Source: Salpingoeca rosetta
Lineage: Eukaryota > Protista > Choanoflagellata
Assembly (NCBI GenBank): GCA_033442325.1
Contig: JAWQFM010000015.1
Span: forward strand, 790,335 to 854,334
Direction: 5' to 3'
Length of the DNA: 64,000 nucleotides
A program made the translations under genes and the position numbers. Shown in pieces: positions 1-33,635 of the stretch (positions within the stretch are counted from its first letter, which is position 1; each line of letters opens with the position of its first letter). A model generated the notes under the pieces. It saw only the letters and a program-made list of their open reading frames with translations, ran no database searches and was not told where the DNA came from.

Positions 1-4619
<4,619 letters not shown>

Positions 4620-4711
4620 TCAAAGCAAGAGGCGGTTGTGGAAGATTGATAAGTAACATGGCTAATTATCCGCGGCGATAACGACGAACCAAACAAACAA
4701 GAAGCTGAACG

Positions 4712-8345
<3,634 letters not shown>

Positions 8346-8693
8346 ATCAAAGCAGTGCACATAACAGCTGTTTGTTTCGCATACCTGTAGCTTAGTGTCA
8401 TCTGTGCATACGATTGAATGAATGCATGTACACCATCTCAACAAACCACGTTGTCAAAACACCTCAAGAAGCAATCAACCAGCAGACAAAGCCCAAAGCC
8501 ACGCCAAACAGGCGCTTGCTTCCACTTCGGAGAAATGGGCGAAATCATTGCTGAATTTCGCGGCCTTTGTCTGGCACTGACGCACAACACGATTGTCTCC
8601 ATCTGCACACAACACAACAACACACTCGATCTCATTTGCTCCGCGTGTCTCCCTCCTTCACCATCAACAAATCAACAACAACAGCCGGCAGTC

Positions 8694-10492
8694 ATGAGCG
8701 ACCACAACCGCCTGATCAACGTGAGTGGTGCTGCTTGTAAAACATCGGAGATTCGGTGGCGAGGCTTGTCGTCTGGTGTGTTTCGGCGGCGTTTTGCGCG
8801 ATCGCTGGCCTGTTGACTGCCTGCACCGTGCTGTCCGCACTTGGGATCGCGCTTCCCTCACCCTCATGTTTTGCCACTTGACAGCAGGAAGAGGCTGCGC
8901 AGCAGCCAGGGACCGTTGAGGTGATTTGCTTGCCGTGCGCTGAACACCATGCATTCGTGTTTCGTGCTCATTCGTCAATTCAGTGGGCGTTTTGCTGGAA
9001 CTGACGTGCATGTTCGCTCCATGTGTTTGTCCATCGCTTCAGGCCAACCCCTTTGCTCAGGACATGCAGCAGCAGCAGCAGCAGCAGCAGTTCCAGCAGC
9101 AGCAGCAGCAGCCGCAGTTCCAGCAGCAGCACGAAGAAGAACCAAAACCACAACAGGAGTACCAGCCCCAGGCCCAGTTCAACGCGCAGGCATGTTTGAA
9201 AACGTGTATCGTGTGAGCGTTGTTGTTGGTCCTTGACAGACGGAGGGCACTGCCACCCCTTGGGGTCTTGCCTTTTTTTTTTCTTTTTCGCCACAGCGTG
9301 TGTGCTCACCCTGTATGTGTCCCTTGGCCGTGATCCCGTCCCATCACATCCACAGTGGTCTCCTCCCAGTGGCCACTATGCCAGCACGTCGCCACCACCA
9401 CCGCCGGAGCAGCAGCACGCCTCGCTCCACCACCAGGGCTACCAAGAGCAACAGCAGCAGCAGCAAGTGCCACATTTCCAGCAGCAGCAGCAGCAACAAC
9501 AACAGGGCTTCATCGCCGCCCAGGTTGGTGTTGTGTTTGTGCGTGCTTGCGTGTGTTTGTGTGTGTGCTGTGTGTGTGCTGTGTTCGTGCGTGTGTTCGT
9601 GCGTGTGTTCGTGCGTGATGTGTGCGTGTGTTCGTGCGTGATGTGTGCGTGTGTGTGTGCACGGCTGCATGTGTATGCACTCTGTCATACAAATTCATGT
9701 GTTCTCACTTTTCTCATGTCACACCACCTCACGCTGGCGTGCAGCCCACTCGGTTCCCGCAGCCATCGCCGTTTGGCCGCCAGTCCCTCACCAGCCACAG
9801 TACGAGCGTCAAACACAACAGCCACAATGCACAACGGTGGCCTGCTTTCTAGTGGTTGAGAGAGAGGGATCATGCGTGCGTGCGTATGTGCGTGCGTGTG
9901 CGTGCGTGTGTGTGCGTGTGTGTGTGTGTGTGCGTAACTTACTTTGGATCGTGTCAGTTCCACCTCATTGCCACTTTCGCAACCTCACATTGGATCAGCT
10001 TCCGAGGTCGTGTGGGACAGCCTCAGCCGGCACGCCTCCCGCCAGGCGCTCCTGGCCACGGTGAGCAGTCGGCTGTTGTGGACCCTGTGTGTCTGTGTCT
10101 GTGTCTCTTGTGTCTCTGTGTGTCTGTGTCTCTTGTGTCTCTGTGTGTCTGTGTCTCTTGTGTCTGTGTGTCTGTGTGTGTGTCTGTCTGTGTCTCTGTG
10201 TCTTTGTGTCTCTGTGTTTGTGGCTCTGTGTGCACTGCAAAACCAAGAGATGCACGCTCAACCTCGCGAATACATGCACGCGCACATACAACCTTACGCC
10301 ATCACACGCGTGCCGTCTTGATTCAGGTCGAGCATGCTGGCTCAAGCGCTGCCCGCGGATCGCAGCAGAAGTTCCACTCCCTCCTCGGCAACAGCACCAT
10401 CGATGAGTTCATCCAAGGTGCGTGCGTGCATGTGCGTGTGTACATATTCGCTTCCCTGTACCCGTAGGACCAGTACCTCTCCGTGCCTGTCC

Positions 10493-10563
<71 letters not shown>

Positions 10564-11162
10564 TGTGTCTGTTTGCTGCTGTAGTGCATCACGAGTCGTC
10601 TCAGCTTACCTTACTGCTATCTTCCCAACGCCATCATCTGTAACCACAACACCTCCTCCACCCCACCTTTGCGACTCTGCCCCATCTCTGCAGGTCTGCT
10701 TGTTCCTGGCGAGCGGCGGGTTGCGGGGCTGGACTCCATGCCGTATGTCAAGCTCTACTTCCAAGACGCGACGAACCTGCAGGTGTTTGAAGAGCTTGTG
10801 CCGGGCTATCTCCTCCTCACCAACCAGCGCCTCATTCTCCTCTCCATCTCCCCGCAGACCACAAACGAGTGAGTTGGTCTATATGTGTGTGTGTGTGTGT
10901 AAGTGTGTTGGATGCCTTGCACGCTCTACGCCCAATTCCACGCTCACTCACTCACTCACTCACTCACTCACTCACTCACTCACCGCGTTGCAACTGCCAG
11001 GCTGGAGATGGTCGGTGACCCGAAAAAGTCGAAGCACGGCGGCGGGTTCTACAACGTGCGCGCGGCCATGCGCGACTCGCGCTTCTTCTACCCGATCCCG
11101 CTCGACGCGTTCCTCACCGTCAGGTTCCAGATGAACGTCGGCGTCGAGACACAGGTGCGGAC

Positions 11163-11223
<61 letters not shown>

Positions 11224-11406
11224 GTAAGTTGTGCGTCCCCCTTGTGGTCTACGACGAACATGGATTGCTGACAACATCACANNNNNNNNNNNNNNNNNNN
11301 NNNNNNNNNNNNNNNNNNNNNNNNNNNNNNNNNNNNNNNNNNNNNNNNNNNNNNNNNNNNNNNNNNNNNNNNNNNNNNNNNNNNNNNNNNNNNNNNNNNN
11401 NNNNNN

Positions 11407-11501
<95 letters not shown>

Positions 11502-11646
11502 ACTGCTTTAAAAGTTGCAGTTTTCGGCGATGTTACGTTACACTGCTGTCTCAACGCCGCCAACTTTCCTCACCGCTCTTCGCTGCACACAGGGTCTCAT
11601 CAGAGGATCCGGACTGTCGGGCCTGTCGTCCTCATCCTCCGCTTGA
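8694..11646 (+). CDS. PolyQ/Pro-rich protein with a C-terminal GRAM/PH-like domain
   Basis: MSDHNRLIN start exon, Q-rich exons at 9043-9523, then VPGYLLLTNQRLILL (GRAM/PH-type G-x-L-x-L-T-N-x-R motif) at about 10800 and FYPIPLDAF at about 11090. The last exon GLIRGSGLSGLSSSSA* follows an N gap, so the 3' end is uncertain. Confidence 0.55.
11282..11406. other. Assembly gap (N run)
   Basis: Run of n between (GT)n tracts. Confidence 0.99.
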
Positions 11647-12022
11647 GCGTGACGCTGCTTTCACCGTGGCCTCTTCGGCCAGCATGGCAATCTTGCCGCG
11701 GGGTGCTTTTTTTCATGCACACATACACGCACACACACAGTCCTACATCATGGCTTCATGTCAAACAGGCATTGCGCCTCACTCTTCCTTCTCTTCTCGC
11801 CCTTGCTCGATGCCTTAGAGCGGTCTGCATTGTCTTTTTGTTCATTCATTCTCGTGTACTTGCGTGCTTTCCACCAACGATCAACCCTACGCTGCACCAA
11901 CAAGTGTCCCTATCAAACAAACTCCAGCCAAGATGCCAAACAACAAGGGAAAGACATGCAATCAACACACACGCAAGCACACGAACACACACGCACACAC
12001 ACACACACTATCACACACACAA

Positions 12023-19054
<7,032 letters not shown>

Positions 19055-19829
19055 CGCCCCGCCCGCGTTGTGATGGTGATGAGGGTGATGTGGGGAAGGA
19101 ACGGTGGCTTTTGAAGCGCGAGACACACAAGCAGCACAGACAGGCGATGTTTGTGTTTGTCGCCGCTGTGGTTGGAGGGGGGCGATGTGTCAGCGCTCAA
19201 TTTGTGGTGTCGCAGACTGGAAAATCGTTGGGGCGCCGCCGCCGCGCTCCGTTCAAATCCATGAGCGATGAGTGATGGCAGTGCACTGGTGCAGGGCGTG
19301 CACGCGTGTGTTGCGGCTCATCGCTCGCGTTGACAGCAGCACCAGCCCCCGAGGGAGAGGAATCCGAACTGGGTGGATTCATCACGTATTGGTGTGTGTG
19401 TGTGTGTATGTGTGTGCGAGGAAGTTGTGTTGTGGTGTGGTGTGACAGTGAGTGAGACAACAACACTAACAGCGTCGCGGTTTTCGATGATGATGATGAT
19501 GGGTGGTTCCGAAACGGCCCCACCAAAAAGAAGCAGACAGCTGCAAGTTTCTGTTGTGGCGAGCACGATGTCAATGCCTTGATGGGTAAGAGGTTGGTGG
19601 TTTGGAACGCCTGTTTCCGTACTCATTCATCTCATGCAGTTGCTGTGGAAGGGTTGCATGCTCGAAGCTGCATTTACACGCGCATGCACACACACTCATA
19701 CAGCGTGCTTCTCACTGCGCATACCACATCACACATCATACATCATACATTACACGCAGCACACATACACACACACACATCACATCGCACACACACACAC
19801 ATCACATCACATCATACATTACACATCGC

Positions 19830-20878
19830 ATGATGGCCCACACATCGTGGCCATGTCTCTGCCTTGCTCAATGGGCGGTGCTGATTGCAGCGTTGGCTGC
19901 CGCCTTTACATCAGCGCCTGCTGCTGCTTGGGTAAACAACTTTGATGCTACCTTTGACTACTCCTGCAGCGCATTCGTTGGCGTCACCAGCGAGCACAGC
20001 AACTTGAACGGTCTGGCGCGTGCAGATGATGTGTGTGCGTGTGTGTGTGTGTGCGGATGATGATGATGATGATGATGATGTGTGTGTGTGCGTGTGTGTG
20101 TGTGTGCGGATGATGATGATGATGATGATGATGTGTGTGTGTGCGTGTGTGGATGCACTCGTGATATATTGTGATGTGTGTGTGTGTTTGTGAGTGTGAC
20201 AGCCTTTGTGCTTGTCGGGGTTGTACGCGCCTGCTTGTGCTTTGGCAACGAGGCCTTGTCTTGCAATTGGTTGCGCCGCCACAACTCACATTCTCGCCAC
20301 ATGCGTGTGCGTCCCTGTTTGGTAGAGGACCGACGATGGAGCTTCACGTGCGACACGCTTGGTGCGGGCAGCAGCACACCGACCACGTTCTTTACGGGCT
20401 ACTATTCCGAGGGATACTACGACCAGGCCATCACGTACAGCTGTGGCACCGATTTGTGTACGTCTTGCTGGTGACAACGAAGAAGAGGGTGGTGGTGATC
20501 GACATGATGCTGGTGATGGTGATGATGTGAGAGGTCAGCCAGCAACAAGCAGAGCAGGGTGAACATCCTTGACACAAAAATACACTCACACTCACACCAT
20601 GCGCATATGTCCATCCATCCCGTGCATGCATATCGACCTGAACCAGTCCTGAACCGGCTGCAGTCCCAGCACTCCAACAATTATGAGGACCGCATTTTCG
20701 CGTTTGGATGCGCATCTGCCCCTGGTGCCAAGCTCTTTGGCTGCACATACACGGGCTACCTCAACGGCATGGATGGCCTGCTCAATTTCAACGCCGCGAG
20801 CAACCAAGTCCTTGCAGGTGCGTGCGTGTGTGTCTGTTTGTTTGTTTGTTTATATGTTTGTTTGTTTGTCTGTCTGTT

Positions 20879-20919
<41 letters not shown>

Positions 20920-22712
20920 GCGTGTTTGGAGCCATGTCTATTCAGTGTCGCGTACTCTCACGCGTTCCGTGTCTGATCGTGCCTGAACCACCAATGCCAG
21001 GGCTGTCAAGCTATCATGACAGCGGCGTAAGTGAACCATGGTTTGAAATGTGTTGCCAAAGGCAATGGATTCGCGCACATGCTGTCGTCAAACCTGATTG
21101 CCAGATGTAATCTTTCACACATACACACACACCAATACAAGTCATGCACGCATGCTCACGCAAACCACACACATACACAAATGCTTGCCTTCCTCTGCAG
21201 CCGGAGGACCGCGTGTGGAGGGTGCGGTATTGCGAAGTTGGGTGTGATCTTGACGGCAACTACATCAACGACGCAACAAACCCGCGGCAGTGCACAGGTG
21301 AGGCGGTGGGGCGCAATGCCCGCGAACAGGGCGCTGTGTGTGTGTGTGTGTGTGTGTGTGTTGGCAGTAACCAGTGCATTGCCTTCGTAACCAACCACAT
21401 ACATGCACACGCGCGCGCTCACATGCACACTCACACGCACGTACAGCGCTGACGACGGCGACGCTCGGAAGCGACATTGACTTTGAGAACGCGGCAGAGG
21501 AGACGTTTGCGTCCGAATGTCCCGATTTCCAGGCGATGAAGATCTTCTACTCGGAATACGACAGCGCAACACGTGCGGGGAGCTTGCGGCCGTGCTTGTT
21601 GACGGTGCTTCAAGTGTGCGGGCGTGTTTATGCGTGAGCCTTTGCCCCTGGAAATGTGTCTAACATGCCATCTGTTCATTCACCTTATGCGTTGCTGTCA
21701 CTTACTCCCTCACACACGCATGCGCGCACACGCACACACGCATATGCACATACGCACACACGCATACGCACACCAGAGGACCGCTTGTTCCAGCTCGGGT
21801 GCAGCGCCATTGCGGATGGCGGGTCTTTCCCGCGAAACGCCTGGTCGTCAGCAACATATGGCAACCTGCAGGCGTTTTTCGACTTCACGTGCCCACCAAA
21901 CACATGTGCGTGCTTTCGTGTGGGGTGTGTGGGTGTGTGGGGGGGGTGTCTGTGTCTGTGTGTGTATGTGTATGTGTGCTTATGTGTGCTTTGCCCACAT
22001 TTTTGTTTGTATGCTCCTGTGTTGCATGTCATGCCATTTGCGCGACACACGTCACTGCCGAATCATCTCACAGAACCAGCATCACATCACCGCCACGAAC
22101 ACCCACATGTTTCCAACTGCCACAGTTGTGACTGGCATGCGTTCCCAGTTCATTTCATCATCGCTGGATCGCGCGTACTCCTTCCAGTGCAGCTCAGCCC
22201 CAAACACCGATGTCTCTACCACCACGTGCATCACCACCACCAGGAATTCGCTGTACGCAACCGTGGACGTCTTCGTCAACGAGACTTACGCAATCACCGG
22301 TGGGTGTGTGTGTGTGTGTGTGTCTGTGTCTGTGTGTCTGTGTGTCTGTCTGTGTCTGTGTCTGTGTCCGTGTCCGTGTCTGTCTGTGTCTGTGTGTTGG
22401 TGGGTATCGATGTGGTTGAAACGGTGTGACTGTTGCCGCTTGTCTCACCAATTGTCCCTTTGTCACCCTCGAGCATTACGAGTTGCTGATTGCGCTGTGC
22501 TCGGAGTATGCTCACATGCACACACACACGCACATGCACGCTTACATGTCTGCGCTCATGTGAACAATTGTCAACCTCAGGTGTCAACGCCTTGTATGAT
22601 ACGTCTGGCAATGTCGACCGCCAGTTTTCCTTGACTGCTTGCCAGGTACATGTGTGCGTTGATGTGTGCGCGTGTGTGTGTGTGGTGTAAGCGTAGATGT
22701 GCATGCGTGCGT

Positions 22713-22784
<72 letters not shown>

Positions 22785-24406
22785 TTGTGTTCAACTACTG
22801 TACGTGCACTCACTGTGAAAACGTTTTGCTGTGTACTGTGCGACAGCTGGAATGCCACACTGGATTCAGGCTTGACATTGATGGCGTGTGCCGAGGTGCG
22901 CTGGTGGTGGTGGTGGTAGTGGCAGTGGTGGAGGTGGTGTGTATTGCTTGTGTACCTGTAGTTGGTTGTTAGAATTTGGCGTATTCTCATGTACTTGTGG
23001 TGATTGGATGCTGTATAGAGATCACCACGACAACAACGACAACAACAACTACAACCACAACAACAACAACAACCACTACAACTACTACGACCACAACAAC
23101 GACAACAACAACTACAACCACAACAACAACAACAACCACTACAACTACTACGACCACAACAACAACAACCACTACAACAACCACAACAACAACCACAACA
23201 ACAACCACCACTACAACTACAACAACAACAACCACAACCACTACAACCACTACAACTACTACGACAACAACCACCACTACAACTACAACAACAACAACCA
23301 CAACCACAACCACTACAACCACTACAACTACTACGACAACAACCACTACAACAACAACCACCACTACAACTACAACCACTACAACAACAACCACTACAAC
23401 TACTACTACAACCACGACTACCACGACCACAACAACAACCACTACAACTACAACAACAACTACTACTACGACAGCAACAACAACTACTTCTACAACCACT
23501 ACAACAACAACCACAACAACAACCACTACAACTACCACCACCACTACCACAACAACAACCACTACAACTACCACCACCACTACCACAACAACGACGACGA
23601 CGACCACTACTACTACAACTACCACCACCACTACCACAACAACAACAACCACTACTACTACAACTACAACCACCACTACCACAACAACAACAACCACTAC
23701 AACTACTACTACTACAACCACGACTACCACTACAACAACAACCACTACAACAACAACAACAACCACTACAACAACAACAACCACAACAACAACAACCACG
23801 ACAACAACAACAACAACCACTACAACAACAACAACAANNNNNNNNNNNNNNNNNNNNNNNNNNNNNNNNNNNNNNNNNNNNNNNNNNNNNNNNNNNNNNN
23901 NNNNNNNNNNNNNNNNNNNNNNNNNNNNNNNNNNNNNNNNNNNNNNNNNNNNNNNNNNNNNNNNNNNNNNNNNNNNNNNNNNNNNNNNNNNNNNNNNNNN
24001 NNNNNNNNNNNNNNNNNNNNNNNNNNNNNNNNNNNNNNNNNNNNNNNNNNNNNNNNNNNNNNNNNNNNNNNNNNNNNNNNNNNNNNNNNNNNNNNNNNNN
24101 NNNNNNNNNNNNNNNNNNNNNNNNNNNNNNNNNNNNNNNNNNNNNNNNNNNNNNNNNNNNNNNNNNNNNNNNNNNNNNNNNNNNNNNNNNNNNNNNNNNN
24201 NNNNNNNNNNNNNNNNNNNNNNNNNNNNNNNNNNNNNNNNNNNNNNNNNNNNNACTACTACTACGACAACAACAACTACAACTACGACTACTACCACTAC
24301 CACGACTACGACCACTACTACTACTACCACAACAACAACAACAACGACGACGACGACGACGACGAGTACAACAACAACCACCACCACCACCACAACTACA
24401 ACGAGT

Positions 24407-24455
<49 letters not shown>

Positions 24456-25300
24456 CTACTACTACTACTACTACAACCACTACAACTACAACTACAACCA
24501 CAACTACAACTACAACCACCATCCCTTTCACGACGACGACAACCACCACAACAACACCCCCTTTTACCACGACCACAACCACCACAACAACACCCGCTTT
24601 TACCACGACCACAACCACCACAACAACACCCCCTTTTACCACGACCACAACCACCACAACAACACCCCCTTTTACCACGACCACAACCACCACAACAACA
24701 CCCCCTTTTACCACGACCACAACCACCACAACAACACCCCCTTTTACCACGACCACAACCACAACAACAACACCCCCTTTCACCACGACCACAACCACCA
24801 CAACAACGTCTTCCACCTCCACCCCATGGCCGTATTCTCTGCTCCATTCTGTCAATGCGACGGATTTCATGGCGAACCAGGTCATCACGTGCACATCTGT
24901 TTGTGCTCATTTGTGCTTGTGATTGTATGCGCACACCTCGCCTAGCAAAGACACATCTGCACCGCTATCACTGACACACCGGCGCCATCGCCAGCCTCTC
25001 TGCCTCGCTCATACCTCGCACCCTCTTCCCCATCCCTCTGCACTTCTTTCCCTTCGACTGCGCTTGCTCCCTCTCTGCGTTTTCCCTGCAGACGTGGCCT
25101 GGGTGCACGCGCTCCACCCCCGCTGCCCGCGGGTTCCTTCTCTTTGCGGGCGTCGCTACTGGCGTTCGGAAGACGGCGTGCAATCTGGGTGGCGGCTGCG
25201 ACTGCTTCCGCCTGGAGGAATGCCACGACCCTGAAGGTGTGTTGTTGACTGCTGATGTTGCTCTTCCTGTCGTTGGACGGTGCAGCTGTAATGATGTCAA

Positions 25301-25352
<52 letters not shown>

Positions 25353-25751
25353 CTGTCTGTGTCTGTGTCTGTGTCTGTGTCTGTGTGTGTGTGTGTGTGG
25401 TCGATGTTGCGGTTGCTCGCGTCCATGGTGCAATCGTATCGAGGGCATCTGTCTTGCAATTCTTTGCGCGCTCACTTTGCACATGACACGTTCGGGTTTG
25501 TTCCGCAATGCCCACATCACAGGCCTGTCGTGCATGGAGGTGTACGAGTGCGAGACAAACGCTGGTGAAGACGACAGCTGTCTTGCGTTTGACGAGTGTG
25601 GCCAGGGGAACTTCCGCATTCAGGCCATGATCCAAGTGATGTGCGATCATGGGCAACACATGGAGGCGCTGAACAGCGCACAGCTGGACGATTTCGCCAC
25701 AAGTTTCAAAACATCACTCGCCGAGGATTGCAACGGCTCTCCACTGGTGAG

Positions 25752-25785
<34 letters not shown>

Positions 25786-26694
25786 ACGTATTTGCGTCTG
25801 TGTTTGTGTGTGTATGTTGCAGCCTTTCCGCTTGTGTATGTGTTCGGAGTGTACAACAAGCTCATCATGCAAGCTGTCGTATGCGACTGACATCACATTC
25901 ACACGTACGCATGCACATATATTGCATTTGTGTGCACATTCTTAGCAATGCCACGTTAAGGCGGACACCGGCACCGATCTGACCGTTCTGGACAACAGCA
26001 CGTTTGTTGTCTCTGTCCTCAAACCAAACGTATGTCAAGTGAGAACGAGATGGGCATGGTTGATTGTTGTGTTCCGTCTTGATCACGTGTTTGGAGTCCC
26101 ACATGCGCGCTCAGACGCACACACGCGAGAAAATGCGTACACCCACATGTATGCACACAAGTGCACACATAGATATGCACACGCACATGAACACACTTAC
26201 ACTCAATCATTAACCCACTCACACGTCCTCAACCAAACAAATGTACACACACAAATGCCCAGGACATTGCTCGCCTGTCCACGTGCGCGATGTTCAACGC
26301 GTTTTCATTCAGCAACTGCAGCGTTGAGTCCGTGGAGCGGTACGATGCGGCCGCGCAGGTCATTGTCACGCAGCGGTTTGTGGTGACCGGCGTCAACGCG
26401 TCCCAGGTCAACACCACCGCCATCAAGCTGCGGCTGCTGGCCAGGCTGCCGCAGTTCAGGGCCGACCAGATTGACGTGCGCATTGAGGCTGTCAGTCGCC
26501 GCGCTGTGGACAGCGGGTTCATCGTGGTTGTGGAGTACACGGCGGACGATGAGGAGGCGGAGGATGTGGTGCAGACGGCCAACACGGTGGCCACCAACGG
26601 CACAATGACGGAGGTGGTGGAGGAAGAAACGGGCAAGACGGTGCAGACCGCACAGAGCGGCAGCGTGGCAGTGAACATGGCAACAACTACAACG

Positions 26695-26772
<78 letters not shown>

Positions 26773-27135
26773 ACTACAACTACAACAACTACAACTACAA
26801 CTGCAACAACAACAACCACGCCCGCTGTCGTGGGCAGCACGACCGTCATCTCCACGACGTCCACGGCCATCAACGGCACGAGTGGCGCCGAGTCGAAGAG
26901 CAAGTCGCGTGTGGTTGCCGGTGTGACTGCTGGCGTCTCCTTCATTGTGTGCATTGTCATCGTGGGGCTGAGCTACCTGCGCAGCTCTGATGGACAGACG
27001 CTGAAGCCAAACGCCAACAACAACGACGGCAGCACCGTCTCGATTGTGGACGGAAGCGTCTCGTTTGAGCTGCAGATGGCGGAACCCACGCAGCACTCAA
27101 ACACGTTTGACGTGCTGGATGAGGTGGACGTGTGA
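19830..27135 (+). CDS. Type I membrane mucin-like protein: signal peptide, 2x dermatopontin/amoebocyte-aggregation-factor (DERM)-like domains, poly-Thr stalk, Cys/SEA-like region, TM helix, short tail
   Basis: Signal WAVLIAALAAAFTSAPAAA then WVNNFD. Six repeats of the S-x-H..(E)DR-x-[WFY]-x-F-x-C type: SEHSNLNEDRRWSFTC, SQHSNNYEDRIFAFGC, SYHDS..EDRVWRVRYC, SEYDSAT.EDRLFQLGC, SSSLDRAYSFQC, GNVDRQFSLTAC. Thr exon at 23020-24880. TM VVAGVTAGVSFIVCIVIVGLSYL at about 26910-26980. Stop ends at 27135. Confidence 0.82.
23024..24810 (+). repeat. Coding (ACN)n poly-Thr array ending in about 8 copies of a 36-nt unit (PPFTTTTTTTTT)
   Basis: Third codon positions vary (ACA/ACC/ACT/ACG) while Thr is kept. 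A 36-nt periodicity is visible at about 24520-24810. Confidence 0.9.
23838..24253. other. Assembly gap (N run) within the Thr array
   Basis: Run of n. Confidence 0.99.
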
Positions 27136-27212
27136 TGTCTGGCCGTGGTGCTGAGTGCTGACGAGATGGTGGAAGATGAACGCCTGATGACGCGAAGGGC
27201 ATGGCAATTGCT

Positions 27213-27292
<80 letters not shown>

Positions 27293-27760
27293 AGCTCCTA
27301 CTTTGGGTTTACATTTATTCATTTTCTTTCATTCTTTCATTTTCTTCTTCCTTTGTTGAGTTCAAGGTCGATGGAAAGAGGTTGCTTATTTATTTCTTGT
27401 TCATCACCATGGCCTGGTGCAAACACGTGTCGCGCTCAAAGTAAACGTGCGAACACAAACGCAATGCAAACGAGATGCAAACGGTATCTGCCAGTGCCCG
27501 ATTTCAATTATTACACGCACGCACAACTGCAATTGGGGTTGACGTGTAGCACAGCAAGCAGAGAGTGTGTGTGCTAGCTCGTGCACAACGCATGTACTCT
27601 CAAGCATCGCACAGACCTCCCACAACAACAACACATGCACAACAACAAGCTGCAGTGGCAACAACTGCAAACTGCCACACCACCAATCTGCTACAATAGC
27701 CTCTACCACCACCACCACCCTCACCACGACAACGAGCACCACCACCATCACTAACACGCG

Positions 27761-31642
<3,882 letters not shown>

Positions 31643-31928
31643 GTTGTGATCGCGGGTGAGCGTGGGTGATTGTGGGTGGGTGATTGTGTGTGGCGAGCGG
31701 TCAGTGGCATGCACGAAGGACGTGTGCAAGGGGGACGCACAAGGATGCACAAACAACCAAATAAACAAACACACCCTGACGCATCAGTTCACGGGTACGC
31801 AGTCGCGTGCGCACACACAAACACACACAAACGCAAACAAACACACAGACACACACACACACAAACACACACAAACGCAAACAAACACACAGACACACAC
31901 ACACAAACACACAGACACACCCACACAC

Positions 31929-31983
<55 letters not shown>

Positions 31984-32074
31984 AAACCGTTCGTTCGTTG
32001 CGAAAACCCAACACGCTTCGCGGCAATTCAAGTTTGGGCGATTGGTGAATGTTGTTCATAAATTTCGGACCATC

Positions 32075-33554
32075 ATGGAACGTGCTGAGGTTGAGGTTGA
32101 TGTGGTGGTCGTTGGCGCGGGCGTGAGCGGGCTTGCCGCTGCGCGCCGTCTTGCAGACAGGTCCGTTGCGCGAGTGTGTGTGTGTGTGTGTGTGTGTCGT
32201 GGCTGCGCCTTGCTTGCTTGCTTGCTTGTCTATCAAGGGAGGGAGCGTGCCTTGGCTATGGCTGTTGGGGGTGTGGAGCGTGGACAGTCGATGGTGGTGC
32301 TTGGCGATGGCCACGCTGCTGGTCACGCTCGGTTGCTGCTCAAGCTTTGCGTTCCTCATCCACAACCACGATTGCAGGGGCATCAAGTGTGTCGTGCTAG
32401 AGGCACAAGATCAGCCCGGAGGGCGTCTCTGTCCTCGAGGTACCCCGCTGTGGCGATGGAGTGGAAGCCTGTGATTGCTGCTCGTTGCATGCCAGGAACT
32501 TCAGCGATGCGCACACATTATGTACACATCATGTGCACTTTTGTACACATCATGTGCACTTTTGTGCACATATGTACACAGACAGAGCCTCTCTCACGCA
32601 AGCACACACGCACACACACACACGCACGCACAGAGGTGGAGGGGTTTGGTAAGCTGCAGTTTGGAGCACAGTTCATCCACGGAGCAAACACGTTTGCTTA
32701 CAAGTGGCACAAGGAGCATGGCTACAACCTCGTTGCCGAGACCTACCCACACACGCTGTACACGAAGGAATCAGGTTAGATGCACGCATGCCACACACGT
32801 TCAGTTGCGTGATCCAAATTGTCAGCATCTTGATGTCTCCACACGCTCACTTACACACGCTCATGTACGCTCACGTACACACACCCACGCCCAAGCTCTT
32901 CTGCCCACTCACATACTCACTCACACACATTCACTCACGCGCAGGCTTTGTTGATCTGACGGCGGCCGTGGATGATGCGGACGTAAATGCGGCACTGGAT
33001 GCACTGGATGCGCTGCCGATGCTGGCGGAGGAGCAGCGCCACAGCACAGACGTGACCCAGCTGCTGTCCACGCACCTTGCGGGGCTTGGGCTGAACGACC
33101 GCGCCACGCGCATCGTGGAAGCGCTGCTGTGCTCAGACCGCAACTGCGACCTCACCACCACGCGTGCGCTGGACTGCAGCATTGCAGAGCGAGGTGCGGG
33201 TGGGGTGGAGGACGCTGGGTGTGTGGGAGGGTGTAGACTAAGAATGGGCTGAGAAGAAGTGCGCAGACAGTGCGTGTGGGTGTGTTTGGATGTGCGTGCT
33301 GTCCCTTGAAATTTGCTTCTTAGAGTGGTCACGCCTTTTGTGTGTATCTTGCATCTTGTGTTCCTATCCTTCCCGCTTTCTTAGATTGGCCGCACGGGTG
33401 TGAGGACTTCTGGATGCCGGCTGACGACGCGTATGTGCGCTCGCTCGCCCACGGCCTCGACGTGCGATGCGGTGAGAGGACACACGAAGGCGTGGAGGTG
33501 TGTGGAAGGGGAACGGGGCCGGTTGATGCGAGTCCTGGTGGGCTTGATGCCAAG

Positions 33555-33635
<81 letters not shown>

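Noticed and set aside
19197-19382. Short minus-strand ORF MNPPSSDS.. upstream of TBC1D5
   Set aside because: No recognisable motif or splice support; it may be a UTR or uORF.
22577-24945. Long Cys-rich, Val-rich and Asn/His/Tyr-rich ORFs over the Thr array
   Set aside because: These are alternative frames of the (ACN)n repeat. Only the Thr frame keeps one amino acid despite third-position variation and joins the flanking exons.
27118-27135. C-terminal DEVDV as a caspase-3 site
   Set aside because: Cleavage would remove one residue, and a chance match is likely in an acidic tail. At most it is a PDZ-type ending.
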